Assembly: GCA_964587125.1 (NCBI GenBank)
Contig: CAZPKC010000001.1
Span: forward strand, 14,872-78,871
Direction: 5' to 3'
Source: an uncultured Rhodospirillaceae bacterium
GTDB lineage: Bacteria > Pseudomonadota > Alphaproteobacteria > UBA9219
Length of the DNA stretch: 64,000 nucleotides
How positions within the stretch are numbered: the stretch's first letter is position 1; each line of letters begins with the position of its first letter. The notes beneath the pieces were generated by a model, which had not been told where the DNA came from, did not search any database, and worked only from the letters and a program-made list of their open reading frames with translations. Of the stretch, positions 51,956 to 61,640 are shown piece after piece. The position numbers and the translations under genes are program-made.

Positions 51956-52342
51956 AAATATTTAAGGAGCCGTATTATGAGCTTTGCCATAAACAAGCCG
52001 ACCACCCTTGATACAAGCAAGGTTGAGAGAGATTCCAAAAATACGGAATACGAAATCAAATTGGAATGTCTTGACACCGGCAAGGGGCTTTTCGACTTCC
52101 TCGACGATATTGAAATCGCGCTGGATTCCAACACCCATTGGTGCATGTCGAATATGAGGTAAGCTCTTTCGGATCGTTCGGCGTTGCTTCGTCATATCGG
52201 CTGGCAAAACTGGAATCCTATCGCCATAATGGCACAACAGGTCGTCAGGCGTTGCAAGCCCCTTTGGGAAACAGTAAAATCCTATAGGAGTTGGGGGGTG
52301 AAAAATGCCCGCTCAACAGCTTTGCGCCGGAGCGGGCATTCG

Positions 52343-52430
52343 CATAGGGAGCGGGATTCGAACCCGCGATACCGTCGCCGGTATATCCTGTTTTCAGTAG
52401 GACGCCTTAAACCACTCGCGCCATCCCTCC
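52343..52430 (-). tRNA. Aberrant class-II tRNA (Ser-type body: long variable arm, G73) with anticodon loop CUGAAAA (GAA) and no encoded CCA; probable pseudogene
   Basis: Minus strand: GGAGGGA-TG-GCGC..GGCGT-(T)CCTA-CUGAAAA-CAGGA-variable arm TATACCGGCGACGGTATC-GCGGG-TTCGAAT-CCCGC-TCCCTAT-G. Acceptor has a G2.A71 mismatch. The anticodon stem is 4 bp plus A31.C39, or alternatively a 9-nt loop. Confidence 0.5.
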
Positions 52431-52983
52431 AAAGGTGAACCAAAAGGGCATCCCGTTTCCGGGATGCCCTTCAGTTCTCAGAACAGCCTACCGATGGTCA
52501 GGCAGCTGAAGCCATTTTGGATAGAACTTCCACCCAAAGCCCAGACCGAACCTAAAACCGGTCGACTGGCTGGCTTCGAGACAAAAAAATGCACACAACA
52601 TGTACATCTCCGTTGCTCGTGTGCGGGGTCCCTTACGGTAGCCGACTCGCACATAAGGCCAGCAGTGGGGTCAGTTGATTTTAGCCTGATTGGTCGACCC
52701 CGACACGCCTCGGCTATTTCGTTGTGATGTGAGATAGGGAGTGTGGGGTCGCGTTTCAAGACCTTACGCCACCAAAAAATGCAGGGCACAAAACCAAAAT
52801 GCAAGATCGGCGATGATTCTCAACGAATGAGCCAATAATTATGGAAAATGTGAGAAAAACAGCCCTTTCCGTATCTTTCGGGAAGGGCCGTTTTCTTGCG
52901 GCATTTTGCCTTTGCCGTGATTCCCCGGTGATTCCCGGAGCACTTTCCAGAAAAGCAAGACTTCTGGAAAGTGCAGTAAATAT

Positions 52984-53060
52984 TGGCGGACCCGGCGAGA
53001 TTCGAACTCGCAACCTTTGCCTTCGGAGGGCAGCGCTCTATCCAGTTGAACTACGGGTCC
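52984..53060 (-). tRNA. tRNA-Arg (anticodon CCG), CCA encoded
   Basis: Perfect cloverleaf: acceptor GGACCCG/CGGGTCC, D-loop AACTGGATA, anticodon loop CUCCGAA, T-loop TTCGAAT, G73, CCA. Confidence 0.9.
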
Positions 53061-53132
53061 TGCAGGGCAGGGTGAACACGGCTTTGCCACAAATAGTTTA
53101 AAATTTCTACCTTTATGCGCCAAAGGCCGGAT

Positions 53133-54812
53133 TTAGCGCGTCGTCGTGCGTTCGCGGTATTTATTGGTAATGGGGTAGCGCCGGTCGCGGCTTAGATTGC
53201 GGCGCGTGATTTTGACGCCCGGGGGCCCCTGACGCCTTTTGTATTCCGATTTATCCATGAGCGTCCACACGCGCGCGACTGTCGCGGGAGCAAAACCGAG
53301 ATCCACGATCTCGCGCATCCCTAAATCCTGTTCGATAAGGCATTCCAGAATGCCGTCGAGAACGTCGTAAGGCGGCAGGCTGTCCTGATCTTTTTGGTTG
53401 GGGCGCAACTCGGCCGTCGGCGCTTTGGTCAGCACGCGCTCGGAAATAATCGCGCCTTGCGGCCCCAGAGCCGAAGAGGGCTTATGCGCGTTGCGCCAGC
53501 GCGCGGCGTTATAGACCTCGGTTTTATATACATCCTTGAGCACGGCGAATCCGCCGCACATGTCTCCGTACAGCGTCGCATAGCCGACCGACATTTCCGA
53601 TTTATTGCCGGTCGAAAGAACCATATATCCGGTGGCGTTCGACAAAGCCATAAGGATCAATCCCCGGCAACGCGCCTGAATGTTTTCCTGAGGCACTCCC
53701 TGCAATTTGTCGCTAAGGACGGGCGATAAAGCGGAATCGAAAACTTTCATCGCTTCGGTGATCGGGATGACGTCGAGCCTGCAGCCGAGCGTTTTCGCCA
53801 AGGCTTCCGCGTCCTCGGTGCTTTCTTCCGACGTATAGGGTGAGGGCAGCATGATGCCCCACACGCGGTTCGCGCCTAACGCATCGACGGCGATCGCCGC
53901 GGCCAAAGAGCTGTCCACGCCGCCCGAAAGCCCCAGGACGACGCCCGCGAAATTGTTTTTGTTCACGTAATCGCGCAAGCCCGTCATCAGCGCGTGATAG
54001 ATATTGCATGCGCGGTTTGGCGACGGCTCTACCGCTTTCTTGTCGCTCGAGAGCTTTTTTTTATCCAAGCGAATGACTGTAACGTTTTCTTCCCAGGAAG
54101 GCATCGCCGCGACGATGTCGCTTTTGGCATCGAGAGCGAAAGAAGATCCGTCGAACACCAGTTCGTCCTGTCCGCAGACCTGATTGAGATAGACCAAGGG
54201 CAAGCCCGTTTCCTTGACACGCTCGGTTGCGTGTTTAAGGCGTATATCCGTTTTATTGGATTCGGTCCTGCCGATTTCAAAGGGACTGCCGTTCGGGACG
54301 ATCAGGATTTTCGCGCCGCGCGTTTTCAGATGAACGGCGCAGGCCGGAGTCCACATATCCTCGCAAATCATCACGCCTAATTTAATGCCCCGGAACAAAA
54401 GAGGGGTGGGCAGGGGGGCTGCGGAGAAAACGCGTTTTTCGTCGAACGGGCCGTAGTTGGGCAAATCGTATTTGAAACTTTTGCCCATGATTTTCCCGCC
54501 GTCGAGCAGCAAAACGGCGTTGTATAATCTTCCTGTCTCGCGCCACGGCGTGCCGATCAAAATCGCCGGCCCTCCATCCGACGTTTCCGCCGCGATTCTT
54601 TCGACCGCCGACTGCAAGCTGTTCTGAAAGCTCGGTTTCAGAACCAAATCCTCCGTCGGATAGCCCGAAAGATAAAGCTCCGTCGTCACCAGCAAATCCG
54701 CGCCCAAATCCGCCGCGCGTGCGCGCGCCGTCCTCAGTTTGGCGATGTTTCCGGAAATATCCCCGACTGTGGGATTAAGTTGCGCCAAAGCTATGGAAAT
54801 CTTGCCCGACAT
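53133..54812 (-). CDS. nadE: Glutamine-dependent NAD+ synthetase (N-terminal nitrilase domain plus NadE domain)
   Basis: 559 aa. N-terminal CN-hydrolase region and a C-terminal SGGVDSS PP-loop. Confidence 0.9.
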   Translation of the reverse strand: MSGKISIALAQLNPTVGDISGNIAKLRTARARAADLGADLLVTTELYLSGYPTEDLVLKPSFQNSLQSAVERIAAETSDGGPAILIGTPWRETGRLYNAVLLLDGGKIMGKSFKYDLPNYGPFDEKRVFSAAPLPTPLLFRGIKLGVMICEDMWTPACAVHLKTRGAKILIVPNGSPFEIGRTESNKTDIRLKHATERVKETGLPLVYLNQVCGQDELVFDGSSFALDAKSDIVAAMPSWEENVTVIRLDKKKLSSDKKAVEPSPNRACNIYHALMTGLRDYVNKNNFAGVVLGLSGGVDSSLAAAIAVDALGANRVWGIMLPSPYTSEESTEDAEALAKTLGCRLDVIPITEAMKVFDSALSPVLSDKLQGVPQENIQARCRGLILMALSNATGYMVLSTGNKSEMSVGYATLYGDMCGGFAVLKDVYKTEVYNAARWRNAHKPSSALGPQGAIISERVLTKAPTAELRPNQKDQDSLPPYDVLDGILECLIEQDLGMREIVDLGFAPATVARVWTLMDKSEYKRRQGPPGVKITRRNLSRDRRYPITNKYRERTTTR

Positions 54813-54821
54813 GAGGTTCCT

Positions 54822-55187
54822 TTATTTGGGGACGCGCGACGACGGGGCCAGTTTTTCGACTTCGGCGCGCATGGCGGCGATTTCCGCTTCCGCGCCCGAC
54901 GCTATGGCCTTTCCGATGGAATCCTGATCGTTTTCCGCCTCGCCGCTGATGCAATCCATGTAGTCCTGCGCCGCGTCGGCATAGGCATTGTACTGGGAAA
55001 TAAGCGCATTCATATCGTTGCCCGCCGTTTCGGGATGCGCGGCCAAAACCGACTTGGATGGAACCGGCTTTACGCATGTTGATGAATGCCATGCCGGTTG
55101 GCCGTTATCGAAGGTCAGATTTCCGGCCAAAGCCGGCATCGCGGCCAAGACTCCTACTGCCAACAAAAATCCGAAGGATTTGCGCAT
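54822..55187 (-). CDS. Small periplasmic hypothetical protein (~121 aa)
   Basis: Internal start MRKSFGFLLAVGVLAAMPALAG gives a signal peptide. No recognisable domain. Confidence 0.4.
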   Translation of the reverse strand: MRKSFGFLLAVGVLAAMPALAGNLTFDNGQPAWHSSTCVKPVPSKSVLAAHPETAGNDMNALISQYNAYADAAQDYMDCISGEAENDQDSIGKAIASGAEAEIAAMRAEVEKLAPSSRVPK

Positions 55188-55318
55188 GATTTCCTCCCCT
55201 GTTTTCCCGTTAAACATACAATAATCTAGGCTTACATTGCGAATGATGCTAGTAGATATGGAGAAAGGAAATTCCTTTTTCCGATGCGCGCAGGACGCGC
55301 TTAACCATAAGGATTGAC

Positions 55319-56635
55319 ATGATTCCTCGCTATACCCGCCCCGAAATGGCCGCGATCTGGACGGCGGAAAACCGCCTCCGTATTTGGTTCGACATTGAAG
55401 CCTTTGCCTGCGACGCCTTGGCGGAATTGGGGGTTATCCCCGCCGAAGCCGCCAAAAATATCCGGAAAAAAGGCAAATGGGAAATCGCGCGCATCGACGA
55501 AATCGAAAAAACCACGCGCCACGACGTGTTGGCTTTCTTAACAAACCTTACCGAGCATATAGGGCCGGACGCGCGCTTTGTGCATCAGGGCATGACCTCG
55601 AGCGACGTTCTCGACACCGCTTTTGCCGTTCAACTGACGCAGGCGGCTGACTTACTTATCAAGGGGTTAGATGGTGTCCTTAAGGCGCTTCGTAAACGCG
55701 TTGAGGAAAATATCGATGTTGTCGCGATAGGCCGAAGCCACGGCATTCATGCCGAGCCGACCAGTTTCGGTCTGAAGCTGGCTTCGCATTACGCAGCCTT
55801 TGCCCGCGCTAAAAAAAGGCTTGAAATCGCGCGGGCCGACATTGCGACCTGCGCCATTTCAGGCCCCGTCGGAACTTTCGCCACGGTCGATCCGAAGGTC
55901 GAAAAATATGTCGCCCAAAAGCTCGGCCTGTCGGTCGAGCCGATTTCGACGCAGATTATTCCGCGCGACCGTCATGCGATGTTTTTTGCGACGCTTGGCG
56001 TTATTGCGTCTTCCGTCGAGAATTTTGCGCTCGAAATGCGCCATCTTCAACGCAGCGAAGTGCGTGAGGCCGAGGAACCGTTCGCCAAAGGGCAAAAAGG
56101 GTCGAGCGCGATGCCGCACAAGCGCAATCCCGTTCTCGCCGAAAATCTGACGGGTCTCGCACGAATCGTCCGCGCGGCCGTGACGCCCGCTTTGGAAAAC
56201 GTCGCATTGTGGCACGAACGCGACATTTCGCATTCGTCGGTCGAGCGCGTGTTTGCTCCCGATTCCACGATTGCCCTCGATTTCTCTCTGACGCGCATGA
56301 AGGAACTGATCGACGGCATGACGGTTTACCACGAACGCATTGCGGAAAATTTGAATGCGCTCGGCGGGCTGCATTTCTCGCAGCGCGTTTTGCTGGCCTT
56401 GACGCAGGCGGGAGTTGCGCGCGAAGACGCCTATCGCCTCGTGCAAAAAAACGCGATGGAAGTCTGGAACGAGCTGCAATCAGGCAAAAAAGTTAGTTTT
56501 AAAGACAAGCTTTTGTCGGACAAAATTATCGGTAAGCATCTGACCCCAAAAGCTTTGACCGCCTGCTTCGACGAAAAGTTCTATATCCGGCACGCGAAGA
56601 AGATTTGGAAACGCGTGCTGGAGGCGTCAAGATAA
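55319..56635 (+). CDS. purB: Adenylosuccinate lyase
   Basis: 438 aa. Fumarate-lyase signature (GSSAMPHKRNP). Confidence 0.9.
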   Translation: MIPRYTRPEMAAIWTAENRLRIWFDIEAFACDALAELGVIPAEAAKNIRKKGKWEIARIDEIEKTTRHDVLAFLTNLTEHIGPDARFVHQGMTSSDVLDTAFAVQLTQAADLLIKGLDGVLKALRKRVEENIDVVAIGRSHGIHAEPTSFGLKLASHYAAFARAKKRLEIARADIATCAISGPVGTFATVDPKVEKYVAQKLGLSVEPISTQIIPRDRHAMFFATLGVIASSVENFALEMRHLQRSEVREAEEPFAKGQKGSSAMPHKRNPVLAENLTGLARIVRAAVTPALENVALWHERDISHSSVERVFAPDSTIALDFSLTRMKELIDGMTVYHERIAENLNALGGLHFSQRVLLALTQAGVAREDAYRLVQKNAMEVWNELQSGKKVSFKDKLLSDKIIGKHLTPKALTACFDEKFYIRHAKKIWKRVLEASR

Positions 56636-56717
56636 AATCTTTCTTAAAAAAGTATTAAAACGCCTTTTATTTGACATGAAATTATGCAAGAAGGACTCAT
56701 CGAAAAGGAAGGTTTCC

Positions 56718-57401
56718 ATGCGTCCGGTCAAGACCCGTTTATTTCTCGCGCTCACCGCGTTTCTCGCGCTGGCAAGTTGCCGCAGTTCCAGCGACATAGG
56801 TAACGAACCTGAACAATTGGTCGATCGCGCGCGCGCCAGTTTTCAAAGCATGATGGGCGATACCCAATTTCCGGGTCTCGTCGATCTCGCTACCCGCGCC
56901 AAAGCCATTATCATCGTTCCGAATCTCGTTCGCGCCGCGTTCTTCTTCGGCGGGCGTGGAGGCAATGGCGTCATGCTGGTTCATGGCGACGACGGCAAAT
57001 GGAGCCCGCCCGCTTTCTACACGATCGGGGGACTGAGCTGGGGATTGCAATTTGGCGGACAGTCGTCGGAGCTTATCATCGTCGTGATGACCCAAAAAGG
57101 CGTCGAGTCGATCATGAGCCGCGAAGTAACCTTGGGCGGAGACGCCGGATTGGCCGTCGGCGAATTGGGCGAGGGCGTCAACGCTTCGACTGCCATGGGC
57201 ATGAAGTCCGATATGTACGCATTTGCCCGTTCCGAAGGGCTGTTCGCGGGCATTTCGCTCGAAGGCTCGGTCATCGCGCCGCGCGGAACGCTCAACCAGC
57301 AGCTTTACGGACAAGACGCGACGCCGAAAAGCATTCTCGTCGACCGCACATCGACATCGAGTTCTAATGCTGTCAACGCTTTAATTGCAGCAATGCCGTA
57401 A
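56718..57401 (+). CDS. SYLF (Ysc84-like) domain lipoprotein
   Basis: Lipobox LALASC after MRPVKT. GGRGGNGVMLVHGDDGKWSPPAFYTIGGLSWGLQFGG matches the SYLF/DUF500 core. Confidence 0.6.
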   Translation: MRPVKTRLFLALTAFLALASCRSSSDIGNEPEQLVDRARASFQSMMGDTQFPGLVDLATRAKAIIIVPNLVRAAFFFGGRGGNGVMLVHGDDGKWSPPAFYTIGGLSWGLQFGGQSSELIIVVMTQKGVESIMSREVTLGGDAGLAVGELGEGVNASTAMGMKSDMYAFARSEGLFAGISLEGSVIAPRGTLNQQLYGQDATPKSILVDRTSTSSSNAVNALIAAMP

Positions 57402-59151
57402 GCGCCGTTTTCACCTCTTCAATGACGCTTTGCCAATCTTCGGGCTTCGGCTGGCGGAACAGGCGCGCGGTCGGATACCATGGACTGTCACGGCGTCCTG
57501 TCAGCCAGCGCCAATCGGGCGCGAACGGCAACATCACCCAGACCTTTTTTCCCGATCCTCCCGCCAGATGCGCCGTTGCCGTATCGCAGGTAATGACCAA
57601 ATCCATCTGCCCGATAAGCCGTGCCGAGGCTGCAAAATCTGTCAAAAGAGGCGCGAGGTTCTTGACAGGATACCTCGGCAGCAATTCCTCGTCGCCCGCT
57701 TTCATGTCGCGGTTGAAGGAATAAAACGCGACGCCCTCGACCGAGAAAAGATCGGCAAAAAGCGCCAAGGGAATCGAGCGTTTTTTGTCGCTCAGATGCA
57801 AGGGACTTCCGCCCCAAGCAACGCCGATTTTAAAACCTTTTTCCGGCAATATTGTCGCTTCGTCGGGCGCAAAAATCGGCAGATAGGGAACGTCGCGCGG
57901 CAGGGTTTCAAGCGTCACGCCGCAGCGATGCGGCAGATCGAACGACGAACAATAAAAATTGCACGCCGGAAGTTTTTCCTTGTGGGCGACGACGGCATTG
58001 GCGCCGCTCCATCCGAGAAACAGAGGCTTTAACGCCTTATGCACCGAAAAAACGATATGCGCGCCTTGCTCTTTTAAAACGGGCAAAAACCGCGCAAGCA
58101 TCAGCGTATCGCCGAAGCCTTGCTCGTCGCATACCAGAAGGCTTTTACCGCGCAAATCCTCGCCTTTCCACAAAGGAAACGGCATTTTCTTGCGCGCAAG
58201 TTCGGGAATCGCGCGTCCCCGCGCGCGGTAGCGCGCAAAGCCTTGTTTGTAATCGCCGCGCAGAAGCTGGATCAACGCCAGATGCCAATGGCGGTCGCCG
58301 TACTCGTTTTCATCGATCTCCCGCGTTTCGTCGCCTTCGATGGCTTGTTCCGCGACATCGACCGTTTTGCGGAAAGCCGCTTCGGCTTCTTCGAGCCTGT
58401 TGAGCGCCTGATACGTCTGCGCCAGATTGTCCCAAATATCCGCGCGCGCCGGATTCAGGGCCAAAGCGCGTTTATATGCTTCAACGGCTTCTTCGTCGCG
58501 GTTCAGGCGGTTGAGCGCGACGCCGTATCCGAACCACGCGTAATGGCTTTCCGGGATAAGGCCGATTGCGCGTTTTCCGGCGGAGAGCGCCGCCGCGTAG
58601 TCTTTGAGCTTTTCAGCGACGTTGCACAGGCTCAGCCAACCGTCGCCATAGGCAGGATTGATTGCCACCGATTTCTCCGCCAAGGCGCGAGCTTCGTCGT
58701 ATTGCTTTTCATGCACGAGCGAGAGGGAAAGATTATTGAGGGCGCTGAGAAATTTCGGGTCCAGCCGCAAAGCCTCGCGGTAGTGAGCGATCGCGCCTTT
58801 CCAATCGTCGCTTGCGCGCAGGGCGTTGGCGAAGTTGAAATGGATTTGCGGAATGTCCGGCTGTAAATTCACGGCGCGTTTGAACGCCTCTATCGCCTCG
58901 GGCAATACCTGCGCCGCCATCAGGACGGTGCCGCGGTGAAAATGTAAAAGCCCCGAGGAAGGATCGATCGCCACGGCTTTATCGACCCACGCCTTGGCTT
59001 CCTTGAAATCGCCGCGCGCGCCGACAACCACGCCCAACAAAGCGCAAGCGTCGGCGTTTTCCGGCTCGGCGTCGAGTGCGAAGCGGTATTTCCGCTCGGC
59101 CTCGGCCAGATTTCCGGCCTGATGCGCGGCCATTGCTTCGGAAAGAGTCAT
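57373..59151 (-). CDS. TPR-repeat protein fused to a glycosyltransferase family 9 (heptosyltransferase-like) domain
   Basis: Multiple 34-aa TPR units in the N-terminal half. The C-terminal half has a GT9-like pattern (GFGDTLMLARFLP..., DTATAHLAGGSGKKVWVML). Confidence 0.7.
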   Translation of the reverse strand: MTLSEAMAAHQAGNLAEAERKYRFALDAEPENADACALLGVVVGARGDFKEAKAWVDKAVAIDPSSGLLHFHRGTVLMAAQVLPEAIEAFKRAVNLQPDIPQIHFNFANALRASDDWKGAIAHYREALRLDPKFLSALNNLSLSLVHEKQYDEARALAEKSVAINPAYGDGWLSLCNVAEKLKDYAAALSAGKRAIGLIPESHYAWFGYGVALNRLNRDEEAVEAYKRALALNPARADIWDNLAQTYQALNRLEEAEAAFRKTVDVAEQAIEGDETREIDENEYGDRHWHLALIQLLRGDYKQGFARYRARGRAIPELARKKMPFPLWKGEDLRGKSLLVCDEQGFGDTLMLARFLPVLKEQGAHIVFSVHKALKPLFLGWSGANAVVAHKEKLPACNFYCSSFDLPHRCGVTLETLPRDVPYLPIFAPDEATILPEKGFKIGVAWGGSPLHLSDKKRSIPLALFADLFSVEGVAFYSFNRDMKAGDEELLPRYPVKNLAPLLTDFAASARLIGQMDLVITCDTATAHLAGGSGKKVWVMLPFAPDWRWLTGRRDSPWYPTARLFRQPKPEDWQSVIEEVKTALTALLQLKR

Positions 59152-59166
59152 CCCCGCAGCCCTCGT

Positions 59167-60234
59167 TTAAAACTTCCGTTTCTTGAGTTTATAGACATAC
59201 GAAATGATCTCCGCCACCGCCCGATAATGCTGGGTAGGGATTTGCTGGTCAACTTCGACCGTTCCGTACAGCGCACGCGCCAAAGGAGGATTGCTGACAA
59301 GCGGAATTTTGTTTTCTTCCGCAATTTCGCGGATGCGCTGGGCGATGAGGTTGATGCCTTTGGCGATGACCGTCGGCGCGGACATTTTGCCCGCGTCGTA
59401 CTGTAAAGCCACGGCATAGTGAGTCGGGTTCGTGATGACGACGTCGGCTTTGGGAACTTGAGCCATCATGCGTTTGCGGGCTTTTTCGACGCGCAACTGG
59501 CGTATGCGGCCCTTGATCATCGGGTCGCCTTCCTGCTGCCTGTATTCGTCCTTGACCTCGGCCTTCGTCATGCGCAGGCCGCGGATATACTGAAACCGCG
59601 TATAGAACAAGTCCAATATGGCGATCACGAAAAAAACAAGTAGCAGCATCTCGATCAGATGAATGACTTTTTTATGCAAAAAGGCCAGAAAAACACTGAT
59701 CGGAAATCCCGTAAAATCGGGCGATTGCACCGCGATTGGGGCCAAGACAAGAAAGGCCGTTCCTCCCAGAAAAACAAGCTTGCCGAGACTTTTTCCCAAT
59801 TCGACGAGAGAGGAAAGCGAAAAAAGACGTTGCAGCCCGCGCGAGGGTGTCAGGCGCTCGAAATCGGGAACAAGCAGATCGAGCGAAAAAAAGAAGCCCG
59901 TTTGCATCATAAAGCCCAGAATGATGGCGCTCATAAGAAGCAGAAACGCGATGCCCGCGATCAAAGCGCATTGCGAAAAGACCTGAAAGAACAAGGTCTG
60001 CAAGCTCCCTTCATCAAGCGCGATCTCGTGCGGCGATTCGAAAAAAACGCGCAGGAATTCGGCAAACTGCCGCGTCATTCCCGGAACGACCAGCCACAAC
60101 ACCAAGAGCGTGCCCAGCAAAGCCACCCACATGGCGACTTCGCGGCTGACGGGAAGCTGCCCGTGTTCGCGGGCTTCGTCCAATCGCTTGCCGGAAGGGG
60201 CTTCGGTTTTTGACTCTTGATCCTGATCGGCCAT
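59167..60234 (-). CDS. flhB: Flagellar biosynthesis protein FlhB
   Basis: 355 aa, four TM helices, NPTH autocleavage motif. Confidence 0.9.
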   Translation of the reverse strand: MADQDQESKTEAPSGKRLDEAREHGQLPVSREVAMWVALLGTLLVLWLVVPGMTRQFAEFLRVFFESPHEIALDEGSLQTLFFQVFSQCALIAGIAFLLLMSAIILGFMMQTGFFFSLDLLVPDFERLTPSRGLQRLFSLSSLVELGKSLGKLVFLGGTAFLVLAPIAVQSPDFTGFPISVFLAFLHKKVIHLIEMLLLVFFVIAILDLFYTRFQYIRGLRMTKAEVKDEYRQQEGDPMIKGRIRQLRVEKARKRMMAQVPKADVVITNPTHYAVALQYDAGKMSAPTVIAKGINLIAQRIREIAEENKIPLVSNPPLARALYGTVEVDQQIPTQHYRAVAEIISYVYKLKKRKF

Positions 60235-60243
60235 CTTGAAACT

Positions 60244-61017
60244 CTACATTTGAAAAAAAGAGCCGACGGATTGATCGAGATAATGCAGCCACAGCGTCAA
60301 AATTCCGGCGAAGGTCAACGACAGCATCATCAAACCGCCCCAAATTTCCACGGGCAGCACGATAAGGAAAAGCTGCACGGAAGGCATCAACCTCTGCAAG
60401 ACGCCGAGCGCCGTGTAAAGAAGAAGCCCCATGATCAAAAACGGCGCGGCGAGCTCGATACCGATCACAAAGCTTTGATTGGCGACGTGGATGACGGTTT
60501 GAGCCATGTCGCCCAGAAGGGGAGAACCTCCGGGCGGGAAAGCGTCGTAAAGGGAAAATGTGGTGCGGATAAGAAAATGATCCATGCCGGTAATGAAAAT
60601 AAGCACCAATCCGGCGATGCTGAAAAACGCGCTGGGCAAGGGGCTTTGCGTCGCCAAGGCGGGGTTCATCATCGTGGCGCTCGACAGGCCGGTCTGAATG
60701 CCGACGATCATGCCCGCGGCTTCCAAGGCGCTTATCGTCAGCCGTACGAGGGAGCCGAAAAAAATGCCGACAATGACTTCATAGGCGATTAACCGCGCCA
60801 ATTCCGCCGAAGAAGCCGGAAGAGGCGGAAAACGCGAAAGCATCGGTTCGAGCAGAAGAAAGCAAATCAAACAGGCAAAAACCATGCGCGTGCGGGGAGG
60901 CACATAACTTTCGCCAATGCCTGGAAAGAGCATCATGACCGCTCCGATGCGCGATAAAAGCATCAGGAAAACGAAAACGTGGCCCGATAAGAACGCGTCG
61001 ATGTGATAGATATGCAT
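60244..61017 (-). CDS. fliR: Flagellar biosynthesis protein FliR
   Basis: 257 aa polytopic membrane protein located between fliQ and flhB. Confidence 0.85.
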   Translation of the reverse strand: MHIYHIDAFLSGHVFVFLMLLSRIGAVMMLFPGIGESYVPPRTRMVFACLICFLLLEPMLSRFPPLPASSAELARLIAYEVIVGIFFGSLVRLTISALEAAGMIVGIQTGLSSATMMNPALATQSPLPSAFFSIAGLVLIFITGMDHFLIRTTFSLYDAFPPGGSPLLGDMAQTVIHVANQSFVIGIELAAPFLIMGLLLYTALGVLQRLMPSVQLFLIVLPVEIWGGLMMLSLTFAGILTLWLHYLDQSVGSFFQM

Positions 61018-61019
61018 CG

Positions 61020-61295
61020 TCAGTCGCTCTGGCCGACTTGCACGATGCGATCGGTCAGAGAATGGGTGAATCCATCCAGCGTCGCCAGCATAAATGGCAG
61101 GAGCCAGATGGTAATCCCGAAAACGACAACCATTTTGGGAATGAACGTCAGCGCCTGCTCTTGAATCTGCGTCACGGTTTGGATCATCGAGACGATGACG
61201 CCGACCAAAAGCCCCGCCAGCATGATAGGGCCGACAAGCTTAAGCATGACGATGATCGCTTCGCGGCAGACTTCGATGGCTTCGGCTTCATTCAT
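61020..61295 (-). CDS. fliQ: Flagellar biosynthesis protein FliQ
   Basis: ~91 aa from MNEAEAIEV. Two TM helices, FliQ-like. Confidence 0.85.
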   Translation of the reverse strand: MNEAEAIEVCREAIIVMLKLVGPIMLAGLLVGVIVSMIQTVTQIQEQALTFIPKMVVVFGITIWLLPFMLATLDGFTHSLTDRIVQVGQSD

Positions 61296-61498
61296 GGCGG
61301 AGGAGGGGAAAGAGGACGGGAGAATCGAGAGAATCAAACATTCTCCATTCGCGCTTCAGGGTCAAGCCGGAATGAAAGGCCCAATCTTAACAAAAGCCAA
61401 CAGATTGATTTCAAGGCCGATTTAGCCCTTGCATTCGCGCGGGCTCTTTGTATTATCGCCGCCTGTTTGCGGGGTTGTTTCAACCGCCGCTCAGGGAT

Positions 61499-61573
<75 letters not shown>

Positions 61574-61640
61574 ACTTTTTCAAGCACTTAGCGTATAGCT
61601 AATTTGCGCCAAATCGCCTTTGTGCGTGTCTCCGTGCGTG

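Noticed and set aside
51977-52162. 61-aa plus-strand ORF after the IMPase paralog
   Set aside because: It is short with no motif and only weak coding evidence. It was not promoted to a feature, though it could be a genuine small protein.
52471-52983. Possible tmRNA, SRP RNA or 6S RNA between the two tRNA genes
   Set aside because: I could not find the tRNA-like acceptor/T-arm of tmRNA, the GGAAGCAGCCAAGGCAG-type SRP domain IV, or a 6S-like open bubble by eye. It is left as an unassigned structured region.
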